Shown one piece after another: positions 47,121-57,001 of a stretch of 64,000 nucleotides of DNA. This DNA is from Alphaproteobacteria bacterium. Its GTDB lineage: Bacteria > Pseudomonadota > Alphaproteobacteria > Rs-D84. Position 1 is the first letter of the stretch; every line of letters starts with the position of its first letter. The stretch lies in assembly GCA_017403085.1 (NCBI GenBank), contig JAFQOQ010000009.1, positions 2,096 through 66,095 on the forward strand, in the 5' to 3' direction. Below the pieces are notes generated by a model. That model was not told the DNA's origin, ran no database searches, and saw nothing but the letters and a program-made list of their open reading frames with translations. A program made the translations under genes and the position numbers.

Positions 47121-47194
47121 TGGAGGCCTGGGTCGGAATCGAACCGGCATACAAGGATTTGCAGTCCTCTGCATAACCACTCTGCCACCAGGCC
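47121..47194 (-). tRNA. tRNA-Cys (anticodon GCA)
   Basis: Minus strand GGCCTGG..GGACTGCAAATCC..GCCGG-TTCGATT-CCGAC-CCAGGCC-T-CCA. 74 nt, with one C-A mismatch in the T stem. Confidence 0.88.
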
Positions 47195-47289
47195 TGAACT
47201 GGTAGTGGCATATTACGCAAAAAAAAATTGTAATTCAACATAAAAATTGTATAATTTGTAATAATATTATTCGAGAGAGAGTGTTTTCT

Positions 47290-48624
47290 ATGAAAAAGGC
47301 TTTGTTTTTATTGCTTTATGCAGTGCCTTGCGTTGCGTGGGGCGCCGGACAGGACTGTATGACGCGCACAACGGTGCCAACAGACCAAATGGATTTGGCA
47401 CAGGTGATTGAATTGGGGCTGTGCAGAAACCCACAGACCGCCGCATCTTATTTGGCGTATCAGTCTGCACGTTTTTCAAAAAATGCACAATATGCGAACT
47501 ATTTGCCAAGCGTATCTGGGTCAGCGAACGCATCTTTGCCATACAGAAATCAAGAGTGGGGCGATTGGTCGTATGGCGCGTCGTTGTCTGCATCTTATTT
47601 AATATTTGATTTTGGCAAACGTTTATCTGATCTGAATCAATCTGCGGCGTCATGGCGTGCGGCCGGGTTTGATTATGATGAAACCGTACAAAATTATGTG
47701 TATGGAATTATTGGATCTTATTATGCCCTGTTAAAGGCGGACGCGGATGTTAAGTCGGCAGAATCTTTGAAAACAGTTGCACAGACCGCAAAGGATACCG
47801 CGCAAAAGAAATTTCGCGCAGGGTCTGTTGCCAAGGCAGACGTTTTAAAGGCAGAAACAACGTTGGCCAGTCGTAATCTGGATTTAGAACGCGCAAAAAA
47901 CAATCGTGAAATTGCCAAGGGAACATTGCTGAATAAACTGTCGTTTCCCGCAGACCAAGATATAAATATTGCAGATATGCCGTCTGAATTTGGCACACCG
48001 CAAGAAACCAAGACGTTGGATGAACTGTTTGCACAGGCACAAAAGACCAGACCAGATTTATTGCGCGCAACCGCGAATAAAGATGCCGCATGGCACAGAC
48101 GAAACAGCAGTTTCCTGCGCAATTTGCCAAGTATTTCTGCATCTGGTTCGCTGTCTTGGGCGGATACACCATCAGAATCTTTTAATGCGGGCAACGATAA
48201 CATTAGTGGCAGCATAGGAATACGTGCATCTATGCCTTTGTTTGCTGGATTTGCCAATATGTATGGCGTACGCGAGGCACAGGCGAATTACGACCGTGCA
48301 ATCGAACAGGAACGCGCAACACAAGATAACGCGTCACTGGATATATTTACCGCATATCAGAACTATAAAACTGCACAGACCGTGCTGAAACAGACAGATA
48401 CATTGCTGGCGTCTGCAACCGAAAGCGAACGCGTGACCGCCGGCATGTACAAGGTTGGACGTGCGACCATGCTAGATTGGCAGACAGCACAATCAGAACT
48501 GGTCGATGCACAAAAACAAAATAATGCTGCAAAATACGACTTATTTACAAAACGCGCCGCAGTGGCGTTGGCAGTTGGTGAAATCAAGGCAGAATTAATC
48601 AAGGAAGAAAACGATGGCGAATAA
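47290..48624 (+). CDS. TolC-family outer-membrane efflux channel
   Basis: Signal peptide MKKALFLLLYAVPCVAWGA and two internally repeated halves with long coiled-coil segments. ATG at 47290 is preferred over the GTG at 47281. Confidence 0.85.
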   Translation: MKKALFLLLYAVPCVAWGAGQDCMTRTTVPTDQMDLAQVIELGLCRNPQTAASYLAYQSARFSKNAQYANYLPSVSGSANASLPYRNQEWGDWSYGASLSASYLIFDFGKRLSDLNQSAASWRAAGFDYDETVQNYVYGIIGSYYALLKADADVKSAESLKTVAQTAKDTAQKKFRAGSVAKADVLKAETTLASRNLDLERAKNNREIAKGTLLNKLSFPADQDINIADMPSEFGTPQETKTLDELFAQAQKTRPDLLRATANKDAAWHRRNSSFLRNLPSISASGSLSWADTPSESFNAGNDNISGSIGIRASMPLFAGFANMYGVREAQANYDRAIEQERATQDNASLDIFTAYQNYKTAQTVLKQTDTLLASATESERVTAGMYKVGRATMLDWQTAQSELVDAQKQNNAAKYDLFTKRAAVALAVGEIKAELIKEENDGE

Positions 48625-49831
48625 TAAAAAACCAGTAAAGAAACAAGGTAAAAAACAATCGTTGGCGCGTCGCGTACTAAAATGGATTTGGCGTAAAAAA
48701 TGGTGGTTCTTTATACTAATGGCTATTTTGGTTGTGCTGAGTTTTATTTTTGGTGGCAATACACAGAAGGCGTCTGAATATATAACACTTGGTATTTCAC
48801 GTGGTGATTTAAAGCAAGTAGTGACGGCAACCGGTGAAATACAACCCGTGAATACCGTTAATGTCGGATCGCAAGTGTCGGGTACAATTGATAATCTGTA
48901 TGTGGATTTTAATACCAAAGTGAAAAAGGGAGATATCTTATTAACAATCGAACCGTCCGTATTGCAGGCGTCTGTTGATGAAGCCAAGGCATCTTTGGAC
49001 AGTGCAATTTCCCAGCGAAATTTTGCAAAAAATGAATTCGAACGAAATAAAATGCTGTACGAAGGTGATATGATTTCACGCGCAGAAATGGAACAATCAC
49101 AGACAGTATATGAACAGGCAGAACAGTCTGTTAATCGTATGCAATCACAATACGAACGTGCGGTCACAAACCTGGGGTATGCAACAATTGTGTCGCCGGT
49201 CGATGGCACAGTTATATCGCGCAAGGTCGATGTAGGACAGACAGTTGCTGCTTCTTTCCAAACACCAGATTTGTTCGAAATCGCCGAAGATTTAACTAAA
49301 ATGCAAATCGAAACATCTGTATCAGAGGCAGATATCGGCGTTATCAAAGACAATATGCCGGTGACATTTACCGTAGATGCGTATCCAACAGAAACATTTA
49401 GTGGTGTTGTGCGCCAGATTCGCCTGTCACCAACAACCACATCAAACGTTGTTGTTTATACTGTTGTGATTGACGTAGATAATTCTGATTTAAGGTTGAT
49501 GCCGGGGATGACCGCGTTTGTGACAATTATTATATCTGAAAAAGACAATGTGTGGAAGGCACCAAATTCTGCATTCTTAATCCGCAGTTTTAACGAGATT
49601 TTAGAAAACGCAAATGGTGCAACACCTGTTACACATCTGGCGATTGAACGCGAAGGTGAAATTATCACTGTGCCATATTCCAAGGGACTGAGTACAGCAA
49701 CAGAGACAGAAATTATTTCTGATGAAATTCAGATGGGCGACAGGGTCGTCGTTGGAAAAGTTGGTGCCACCAGCAGCAATACAAATAAAAACATGCGTAT
49801 GGGCGGCCCAATGGGCGGTGGCAGAAGATAA
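48614..49831 (+). CDS. HlyD/MacA-type periplasmic adaptor (membrane fusion protein)
   Basis: N-terminal TM helix, lipoyl-like halves flanking a coiled-coil hairpin, beta-barrel motif GMTAFV. Overlaps the tolC-like stop. Confidence 0.85.
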   Translation: MANNKKPVKKQGKKQSLARRVLKWIWRKKWWFFILMAILVVLSFIFGGNTQKASEYITLGISRGDLKQVVTATGEIQPVNTVNVGSQVSGTIDNLYVDFNTKVKKGDILLTIEPSVLQASVDEAKASLDSAISQRNFAKNEFERNKMLYEGDMISRAEMEQSQTVYEQAEQSVNRMQSQYERAVTNLGYATIVSPVDGTVISRKVDVGQTVAASFQTPDLFEIAEDLTKMQIETSVSEADIGVIKDNMPVTFTVDAYPTETFSGVVRQIRLSPTTTSNVVVYTVVIDVDNSDLRLMPGMTAFVTIIISEKDNVWKAPNSAFLIRSFNEILENANGATPVTHLAIEREGEIITVPYSKGLSTATETEIISDEIQMGDRVVVGKVGATSSNTNKNMRMGGPMGGGRR

Positions 49832-49863
49832 AAAAACCGGCGAACGCCGGTTTTTCTTTTTTT
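49831..49863. terminator. Bidirectional intrinsic terminator
   Basis: AAAAAA-CCGGCG-AA-CGCCGG-TTTTTCTTTTTTTTT. Confidence 0.7.
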
Positions 49864-50928
<1,065 letters not shown>

Positions 50929-51025
50929 TTATGATTTTTCTGAACTATAAATCACGATGTTAAAAAAATCAAGGCAGGCCAACAAATTTATTTGATTTAT
51001 TATATAATCTGATATTATAGCCCCT

Positions 51026-51373
51026 ATGCGAGATACAATTAAGAATCATAAAGATTTTGCAATGGGCACAAACGACCCAACGGGACGTTGCGCATTCTTT
51101 TTGGCGCGCGCAAAGCCTGCCAAGATACCAGATGATGCGCGGTATGGACTGATTGTGACCAAAAAAACATTTAAGCATGCCGTTGATAGAAATCGGGCAA
51201 AGCGACTATTGCGCGACTGGATTCGGTTTAATGAAAAGTTATTGCGACCCGAATGGGACTATATCTTTGTTGCACGGCGCGCAATACTGGATGCAGATAG
51301 ACAATCTGGGCGCATCGCAATGAAAAAAGCATTGAATTATATGCGAAAATTAAATACCGATAATGCAGAATAA
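51026..51373 (+). CDS. rnpA: RNase P protein component
   Basis: Basic 115-aa protein with the RNR-type motif VDRNRAKRLLRD. Confidence 0.85.
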   Translation: MRDTIKNHKDFAMGTNDPTGRCAFFLARAKPAKIPDDARYGLIVTKKTFKHAVDRNRAKRLLRDWIRFNEKLLRPEWDYIFVARRAILDADRQSGRIAMKKALNYMRKLNTDNAE

Positions 51374-51599
51374 ATTATCAATATCTAAACGCGTCGCAAT
51401 TGCAATGGTACGCATGTACCAATTGGCAATTTCACCAATAATCGGGGGACGCGCAGCATGCCGTTTTACCCCAACATGCAGCGAATATACACGCCAGGCC
51501 ATCGAAAAATATGGCGCAATTCGTGGCACCATAATGGGCGTTCGCAGAATATGCCGATGCAGGCCTGCAGGTGGATTTGGATACGACCCTGTCCCTTGA
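51363..51599 (+). CDS. yidD: Membrane protein insertion efficiency factor YidD
   Basis: YQ..ISP.....CRF.PTCSEY...A....G...G......RI.RC.P motif. Confidence 0.9.
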   Translation: MQNKLSISKRVAIAMVRMYQLAISPIIGGRAACRFTPTCSEYTRQAIEKYGAIRGTIMGVRRICRCRPAGGFGYDPVP

Positions 51600-51655
51600 C
51601 AAGCGGTGACTTTGTGATAAAATTAGAAACTGAAGCGAATATATATAAAGGATTT

Positions 51656-52096
51656 ATGATGTCATTTCGTGCAACCGTTGAATCTATGTCTAAAATCATG
51701 GACGATATGGGAATTACTGAACTGGAACTGGAACGTCAGTTTTTATTTGGCGTGTATCGCAAACATATTCATCTATCAAAACAACAAGTTGCCGCGGTTA
51801 CAACAACGTCGGCCGTACCATGTGCAGATGTAAAATGCGCAACAACGCCTGAAAAAATATGCGGGCATGTATTAAAATCACCAATGGTTGGGGTTGTATA
51901 TCTGGCGCCAGAGCCGGGGGCAGACGTTTTCGTCAAGGTCGGTGACACTGTCAAGGTTGGCGATACGGTCGCACTGGTCGAAGCAATGAAAACATTTAAC
52001 CCAATAAAGTCAGACAAAGACGGCGTGGTAAAGAAGGTGTTGGTGTCTGATGGACAGGCCGTTGAATTTGAACAACCGTTAATCGTAATTGAATAA
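51656..52096 (+). CDS. accB: Biotin carboxyl carrier protein
   Basis: EAMKTFN biotinylation motif. ATG at 51656 after AAAGGA; the track ORF start at 51458 overlaps yidD. Confidence 0.88.
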   Translation: MMSFRATVESMSKIMDDMGITELELERQFLFGVYRKHIHLSKQQVAAVTTTSAVPCADVKCATTPEKICGHVLKSPMVGVVYLAPEPGADVFVKVGDTVKVGDTVALVEAMKTFNPIKSDKDGVVKKVLVSDGQAVEFEQPLIVIE

Positions 52097-52097
52097 A

Positions 52098-53444
52098 ATG
52101 TCACAAATTAAAAAAGTATTAATCGCAAATCGTGGCGAAATCGCATTGCGTATAATACGCGCATGTCGCGATATGGGGATTCGTACGGTTGCCGTTTATT
52201 CAACTGCAGATCGCGACGCAATGCATGTACAGTTGGCCGATGAATCTGTGTGCATTGGACCGGCGGTCGCACGCGATTCTTATTTAAACGAATCCGCGAT
52301 TTTGACGGCGGCACTGCTGACGAACGCAGATGCAATTCATCCAGGATATGGATTCTTGTCCGAACGTGCAGATTTTGCACAAAAGGTCGAACAGCATGGC
52401 ATGATTTGGATTGGCCCTGCGCCAGATATGATTGTGCGTATGGGCGACAAGGTTAATGCAAAAAAAACCGCGATTGAATGCGGGTTGCCTGTTGTGCCAG
52501 GGTCTGATGGCGCGTTACAGTCTTTGGATGATGCACTAAGCACTGCAGAAAAAATCGGTTATCCAGTTATGTTAAAGGCCGCAGCCGGCGGTGGTGGGCG
52601 CGGAATGCGACCGGTTATGAACGCCGACGAAATGGCCGAGGCATATCAATTAACCAAGAACGAGGCAAAGTCTGCGTTTGGTGATGATACGTTGTATATG
52701 GAAAAACTGTTGCTGCATCCACGACACATTGAATTTCAAGTGTTGGGGGACAAGCATGGAAACGTTGTCATATTTGGCGAACGTGACTGTTCATTACAAC
52801 GCAGAAACCAAAAAATTATGGAAGAATGTCCGGCGGCGGCATTGTCACAAAAACAACGCGATGACATGATAGAGATTTGTAAGACAGCCGCAAAAAAAAT
52901 GGGATATACCAATGCAGGGACATTTGAATTTATGTTCGAAGATGGTAAATTCTATTTCTTGGAAATGAACACCAGATTACAGGTTGAACACCCTGTCACG
53001 GAAATGGTGTATGGTGTCGATTTGGTGCGCGAACAAATTCGTGTAGCGGCGGGTGAAAAACTGGGCTATTCACAGGCAAATGTTGTACCAAATGGTCATG
53101 CAATTGAATTTCGTATCAATGCCGAAGACCCAGAAACATTTATTCCAAACCCTGGGAAAATTACGTTGTATGCACCGGCAGGTGGCATGGGAGTGCGCGT
53201 GGATAGTGCGGTCTATACGGGATACAATATACCACCAACATACGATTCTATGATTGCAAAATTAATCGTTCATGCACCAAACAGACCGGCGTGCATTATG
53301 CGCGCGGGACGGGCATTGGACGAATTTGTTATAGAGGGCGTTAAAACAACAATCCCATTACAACAAAAATTGTTATCAAACAAGGATGTCAAACAATTGA
53401 ATTTTGATAATCACTGGTTGGAAAACTTTTTAAAAAAAGAATAA
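52098..53444 (+). CDS. accC: Biotin carboxylase
   Basis: KVLIANRGEIALRIIRAC, ATP-grasp GGGGRGMR, EMNTRLQVEHPVTE. An alternative TTG start lies at 52089. Confidence 0.95.
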   Translation: MSQIKKVLIANRGEIALRIIRACRDMGIRTVAVYSTADRDAMHVQLADESVCIGPAVARDSYLNESAILTAALLTNADAIHPGYGFLSERADFAQKVEQHGMIWIGPAPDMIVRMGDKVNAKKTAIECGLPVVPGSDGALQSLDDALSTAEKIGYPVMLKAAAGGGGRGMRPVMNADEMAEAYQLTKNEAKSAFGDDTLYMEKLLLHPRHIEFQVLGDKHGNVVIFGERDCSLQRRNQKIMEECPAAALSQKQRDDMIEICKTAAKKMGYTNAGTFEFMFEDGKFYFLEMNTRLQVEHPVTEMVYGVDLVREQIRVAAGEKLGYSQANVVPNGHAIEFRINAEDPETFIPNPGKITLYAPAGGMGVRVDSAVYTGYNIPPTYDSMIAKLIVHAPNRPACIMRAGRALDEFVIEGVKTTIPLQQKLLSNKDVKQLNFDNHWLENFLKKE

Positions 53445-53473
53445 AAAATGCCGGTATTTACCGGTATTTTTTT
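53445..53473. terminator. Bidirectional intrinsic terminator
   Basis: AAAAAATG-CCGGT-ATTT-ACCGG-TATTTTTTT. Confidence 0.6.
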
Positions 53474-53655
53474 ATTGTTTCCAATGGATAACGCGCAACG
53501 GATATAAACATAATTAATTGATATACACTTGGACGAAATTTACCGTTATAGATATGCCAATATTCATTTTCTTGGATTGCCATCGCATTACAAACATCAA
53601 TTATAGATAAACCGCGCAGTTTCCGAACGTATTCTATTTCATGCCCAATTGTCAT
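53458..53655 (-). CDS. Small XRE-like HTH protein
   Basis: 65 aa. IGHEIEYVRKLRGLSIIDVCNAMAI fits an HTH_XRE pattern. The longer track ORF to 53871 crosses a terminator hairpin and was trimmed. Confidence 0.5.
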   Translation of the reverse strand: MTIGHEIEYVRKLRGLSIIDVCNAMAIQENEYWHIYNGKFRPSVYQLIMFISVARYPLETIKKYR

Positions 53656-53697
53656 ATGACCCCCAAAAAGTTTTAAATAAAAAACCACCATAACGGG

Positions 53698-53827
53698 GTG
53701 GTTGGAGGTTAGTACTTTGCACAACAACATGCTCAGCGACTTATTCAATATATTCATCGCCCTCCAACCAGTGGTTGGAGCAATTAACGTCTGCGCAGAC
53801 GGTTGTTGGGCGAGAGTACTAATCTCG
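53698..53827. other. MITE-like insertion or structured small-RNA locus
   Basis: Flanked by the direct repeat CATAACGGG (53689-53697 and 53828-53836). Imperfect inverted arms at 53707-53728 and 53802-53824. Internal hairpins at 53762-53780 and 53788-53801. Confidence 0.4.
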
Positions 53828-53878
53828 CATAACGGGTTCCCCATTACAACTGGTATTATATCCCATAACAAATATTAT

Positions 53879-53906
53879 TTGCAATCTTAAATTTCTTTGA
53901 TATAAT
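53879..53906 (+). promoter_or_regulatory. Promoter of tRNA-Val(GAC)
   Basis: TTGCAA, 16 nt, TGaTATAAT (extended -10), followed by the GC-rich discriminator GGGCGGCGC 12 nt before the mature tRNA 5' end. Confidence 0.6.
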
Positions 53907-53918
53907 GGGCGGCGCAAT

Positions 53919-53995
53919 GGGTGGTTAGCTCAGTTGGTTAGAGCGTTACGTTGACATCGTAAAGGTCGTTGGTTCGAGTCCAATACCACCCACCA
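53919..53995 (+). tRNA. tRNA-Val (anticodon GAC)
   Basis: GGGTGGT-TA-GCTC..GAGC-G-TTACG-TTGACAT-CGTAA-AGGTC-GTTGG-TTCGAGT-CCAAT-ACCACCC-A-CCA. Confidence 0.95.
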
Positions 53996-54067
53996 GAATT
54001 CTTGACAGGGAAAGTTAAAAAATGCGAATGCACAATTAAATTTTACCAGATGTTCAACGGGTTTCAT

Positions 54068-54095
54068 TAGACGCCCCGTTGGCGTCTATTTTTTT
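54068..54095 (+). terminator. Intrinsic terminator downstream of tRNA-Val(GAC)
   Basis: TAGACGCC-CCGT-TGGCGTCTA followed by TTTTTTT. Confidence 0.65.
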
Positions 54096-54119
54096 CGAAA
54101 AAAAGGGCAAGAGAAAAAC

Positions 54120-56108
54120 ATGGCTAAAAAATATTTAATCACATCTGCACTGCCGTATGTTAATAATAATTTACATATAGGGCATTTGGTTGGTTGTTGG
54201 TTGCCAAGTGACGTGTATGCGCGTTTCTGTCGCGCAATGGGACGTGATGTCTTGTATGTGTGTGGCGCCGACGAACACGGCACAACCAGCGAAGTAGGGG
54301 CCAGAAAAGAAAATATGCCCATCGAAGAATATGTTGATAAATATCGCAAAGCGCACGAACAATCCGTTCGCGACTTTAACCTGTCGTTTGATATGTATGG
54401 CCGAACACATACAAAAAAACATGAAGAATTGATTCAGTCTTTGTTCCTGCGATTGGAACAGGAAAATATGATTGTCGAAAAATCGTCTATGCAGCCATAT
54501 TCTGTGAATGAAAATATGTTCTTGGCCGATAGATTTGTTATCGGCACGTGTCCAAAGTGTGGCTATGAAAAGGCGTATGGAAATGAATGCGGAAAATGTG
54601 GCGCGACATTGGAACCAGAACAATTGATAAATCCACACAGTGCGATTGATTCATCATCACCCGTTGAAATGCGTGAAACAAAACACCTGTATTTCCGTAC
54701 CAGCGCAATGCAAGATAAATTGCGCACATGGATTGCATCGCGCGTCGGATGGTCAAAAACAGCGTTGGCCATCGCAAATAAGTGGCTGGACGAAGGATTA
54801 CACGACAGCCCAATCACACGTGATTTAAAGTGGGGGATTCCTGTTAATAAGCCAGGGTACGAAAACAAGGTTTTCTATGTTTGGTTTGATGCACCATGGG
54901 GATACGTTTCAATTTCACAGGCGGCAAATGAAAAATGGGCAGACTGGTGGCACGGTGGTGATGATGTAAAGTATGCGCAATTTATGGCCAAAGATAACGT
55001 GTCGTTCCATTCTATTTTCTTTCCAGCACAAGAATTGGCGATGAACGATAACTGGAAAACAGTTGATATACTAAAAGGTTTTAACTTTTTAAACTTTAAC
55101 GGGGCAAAGATTTCAAAATCAACCGGAAATGGGATTTTCTTGAACGATGCAATAAATGACGCACCGGCGGATGCGTGGCGTTATGCACTGATTGCCAGCG
55201 CACCCGAGACGGACGATACAGACTTTACCATCGCGCGTTTTGCAGATATTGTGAATAAAGACCTGAACGGTATGTTGGGGAACTTTGTATCACGTGTATG
55301 CAAATTGACCGCTAAAAATTTCAGTAATGTTGTGCCAAAGGCCGGCAAAATAAACGTAGAGTTAGAATCGCAAATCAATGAAAAGTTGGCAGAACTGACA
55401 AATGCGCTGGATGCGTGCGAATTCCGTGCATCTATTGCGGCGTTGCGTGGTTTGTATGCAATTGGAAATGAATATATGACCAAATGCGAACCATGGGCAT
55501 TGGTTAAAAATGGCGACACAGATGGCGCGGCGGCGTGTCTGAACGAATGTTTTCAGTTAATTGACCTGTATGCGCGTGTGTCTGCACCATTTATTCCGGA
55601 CGCGGCCGCGAAAATGCAAAATATTTTTGCAACGACACATGATTTGACGTGGCCAGAAAAATACGAACATCGTATCAAAGACGGCGCAGAATTTACAGTG
55701 CCAGAAAATCTGTTTAATCGTATTGATGATGATACGGTTGCAAAACTGACGGAAAAATATACCCCAAAGGCAGAAGATAACACGCCAAAACCAATCGTTG
55801 CAGAAATCGTGTCTGTTGAAAATCATCCAACACGTGAAAATCTGCATGTGTTAAAGGTAAATATTGGCACAGACGCACCGGTTCAGGTTGTATGCGCGGC
55901 ACCAAATGTACGCGTCGGATTGCGCGGGGTTTTGGCACCGGTCGGATGTATATTGCCCAATCAAAAGAAACCTATTGCGCAAAGAAAGGTTGCAGATGTA
56001 GATTCTTTTGGTATGATGTGCAGCCCAGCCGAATTAGCAAGCGGCACAGAAAACGATAAAATTATAGAACTAAGTAACGAAGAAACAATAGGCAAGGAAT
56101 ATAAATAA
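54120..56108 (+). CDS. metG: Methionyl-tRNA synthetase with C-terminal tRNA-binding domain
   Basis: HIGH-type motif (NNNLHIGHL), Zn knuckles CPKCG/CGKCG, KISKS (KMSKS) motif. Confidence 0.96.
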   Translation: MAKKYLITSALPYVNNNLHIGHLVGCWLPSDVYARFCRAMGRDVLYVCGADEHGTTSEVGARKENMPIEEYVDKYRKAHEQSVRDFNLSFDMYGRTHTKKHEELIQSLFLRLEQENMIVEKSSMQPYSVNENMFLADRFVIGTCPKCGYEKAYGNECGKCGATLEPEQLINPHSAIDSSSPVEMRETKHLYFRTSAMQDKLRTWIASRVGWSKTALAIANKWLDEGLHDSPITRDLKWGIPVNKPGYENKVFYVWFDAPWGYVSISQAANEKWADWWHGGDDVKYAQFMAKDNVSFHSIFFPAQELAMNDNWKTVDILKGFNFLNFNGAKISKSTGNGIFLNDAINDAPADAWRYALIASAPETDDTDFTIARFADIVNKDLNGMLGNFVSRVCKLTAKNFSNVVPKAGKINVELESQINEKLAELTNALDACEFRASIAALRGLYAIGNEYMTKCEPWALVKNGDTDGAAACLNECFQLIDLYARVSAPFIPDAAAKMQNIFATTHDLTWPEKYEHRIKDGAEFTVPENLFNRIDDDTVAKLTEKYTPKAEDNTPKPIVAEIVSVENHPTRENLHVLKVNIGTDAPVQVVCAAPNVRVGLRGVLAPVGCILPNQKKPIAQRKVADVDSFGMMCSPAELASGTENDKIIELSNEETIGKEYK

Positions 56109-56434
56109 TGACGAACGATTTCGCAAAACGTCTTGGTGAAAAACTTATAATCAATGGATGCAATATTTCGCAGGGAACTGTGACAATTGAATTTTCTTAT
56201 AAATTCCCATGTTGTACATGTAAAAAAGTCGAAACATGTTCTGGGTTGCATATGTGCAATGTTGCAAAGTATATCGAAGAACGCACCAATACACATACAC
56301 GAACATATGGTTCAGGCCAATGCGTCTTGACAATTAACGCGGCAACCGAAAAAGATTTAAAAAATGCGCACAAGGTTGCACAACGTGCAATTAAATTGCG
56401 CGCACATAGTTGTAATAAAAGTTTGTATCGATAA
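56108..56434 (+). CDS. Small cysteine-rich hypothetical protein
   Basis: 108 aa with 8 Cys, including CCTC-x5-C-x5-C. Start and stop both overlap neighbouring genes (TAATG at each end). Confidence 0.5.
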   Translation: MTNDFAKRLGEKLIINGCNISQGTVTIEFSYKFPCCTCKKVETCSGLHMCNVAKYIEERTNTHTRTYGSGQCVLTINAATEKDLKNAHKVAQRAIKLRAHSCNKSLYR

Positions 56435-56973
56435 TGAATAATATTCGTCTGGTATTGCTGTCATGTTGTGCGCCGTGCAGTTGTGGGGCAATTCAACAAT
56501 TGGCAGACAAACAAATACCAGACGTTTCTGATTTTATCGTTCTGTTCTTTAATCCAAATATTTTTCCAGAATCTGAATACACAAAACGTATGCAGGAACA
56601 AATTAAATACTGCGAAGCCGTCGGGGTAAAATACGCGATTCTGGAATATGACCATGATGCATGGCGCGATGCGGTACGCGGGTTTGAGACTGCACCAGAA
56701 CGCGGTGCGCGGTGTAGTCTATGTTTTGAATACAGATTCCGACGCGCCGCACAATGGGCGCGCGAAAACGGATATAACGCAATTGCCAGCGTACTGGGGG
56801 TGTCACGACATAAAAATCAAACCCAGGTCGATAATGCCGCCACCAGTACATGCGACAACGTTCAATATATGCCAATTAAGTGGGATGACAATTTGCGCAC
56901 ACAGATAAACCGTTCAACAGACTTTTATCGCCAAAATTATTGTGGTTGCGAATTCTCTATACGCAAAGTATAA
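56434..56973 (+). CDS. queH: Epoxyqueuosine reductase QueH (DUF208)
   Basis: SCCAPCS, RCSLCFEYR and YRQNYCGCEFS motifs. Confidence 0.85.
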   Translation: MNNIRLVLLSCCAPCSCGAIQQLADKQIPDVSDFIVLFFNPNIFPESEYTKRMQEQIKYCEAVGVKYAILEYDHDAWRDAVRGFETAPERGARCSLCFEYRFRRAAQWARENGYNAIASVLGVSRHKNQTQVDNAATSTCDNVQYMPIKWDDNLRTQINRSTDFYRQNYCGCEFSIRKV

Positions 56974-57001
56974 TGCAGTGTGTGTAACAAAAGGACAATA
57001 A

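Noticed and set aside
46970-47243. N-terminal 73-aa extension of recF, and the 69-aa plus-strand ORF
   Set aside because: Both read straight through the tRNA-Cys gene and its terminator. RecF homology begins at MIESITL (46969).
48595-49440. 281-aa minus-strand ORF
   Set aside because: It is antisense to the HlyD/MacA-like adaptor, whose plus-strand product has a recognisable TM helix, coiled-coil and barrel architecture. The minus product is low-complexity Ser/Cys/Ile-rich with no SD. It is a typical shadow ORF.
53676-53870. tmRNA, SRP RNA or 6S RNA
   Set aside because: There is no tRNA-like T-arm or CCA end, and no tag reading frame ending in a hydrophobic ..AA. I found no SRP domain-IV GGAA/AGCA motif by eye. 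It is kept only as an unclassified candidate.
53656-53871. Long form (137 aa) of the XRE-like ORF, and the 62-aa plus-strand ORF 53702..53890
   Set aside because: The extension crosses an intrinsic-terminator hairpin and the inverted-repeat segment. HTH similarity starts at MTIGHEI. The plus-strand ORF has no SD and overlaps the tRNA promoter.
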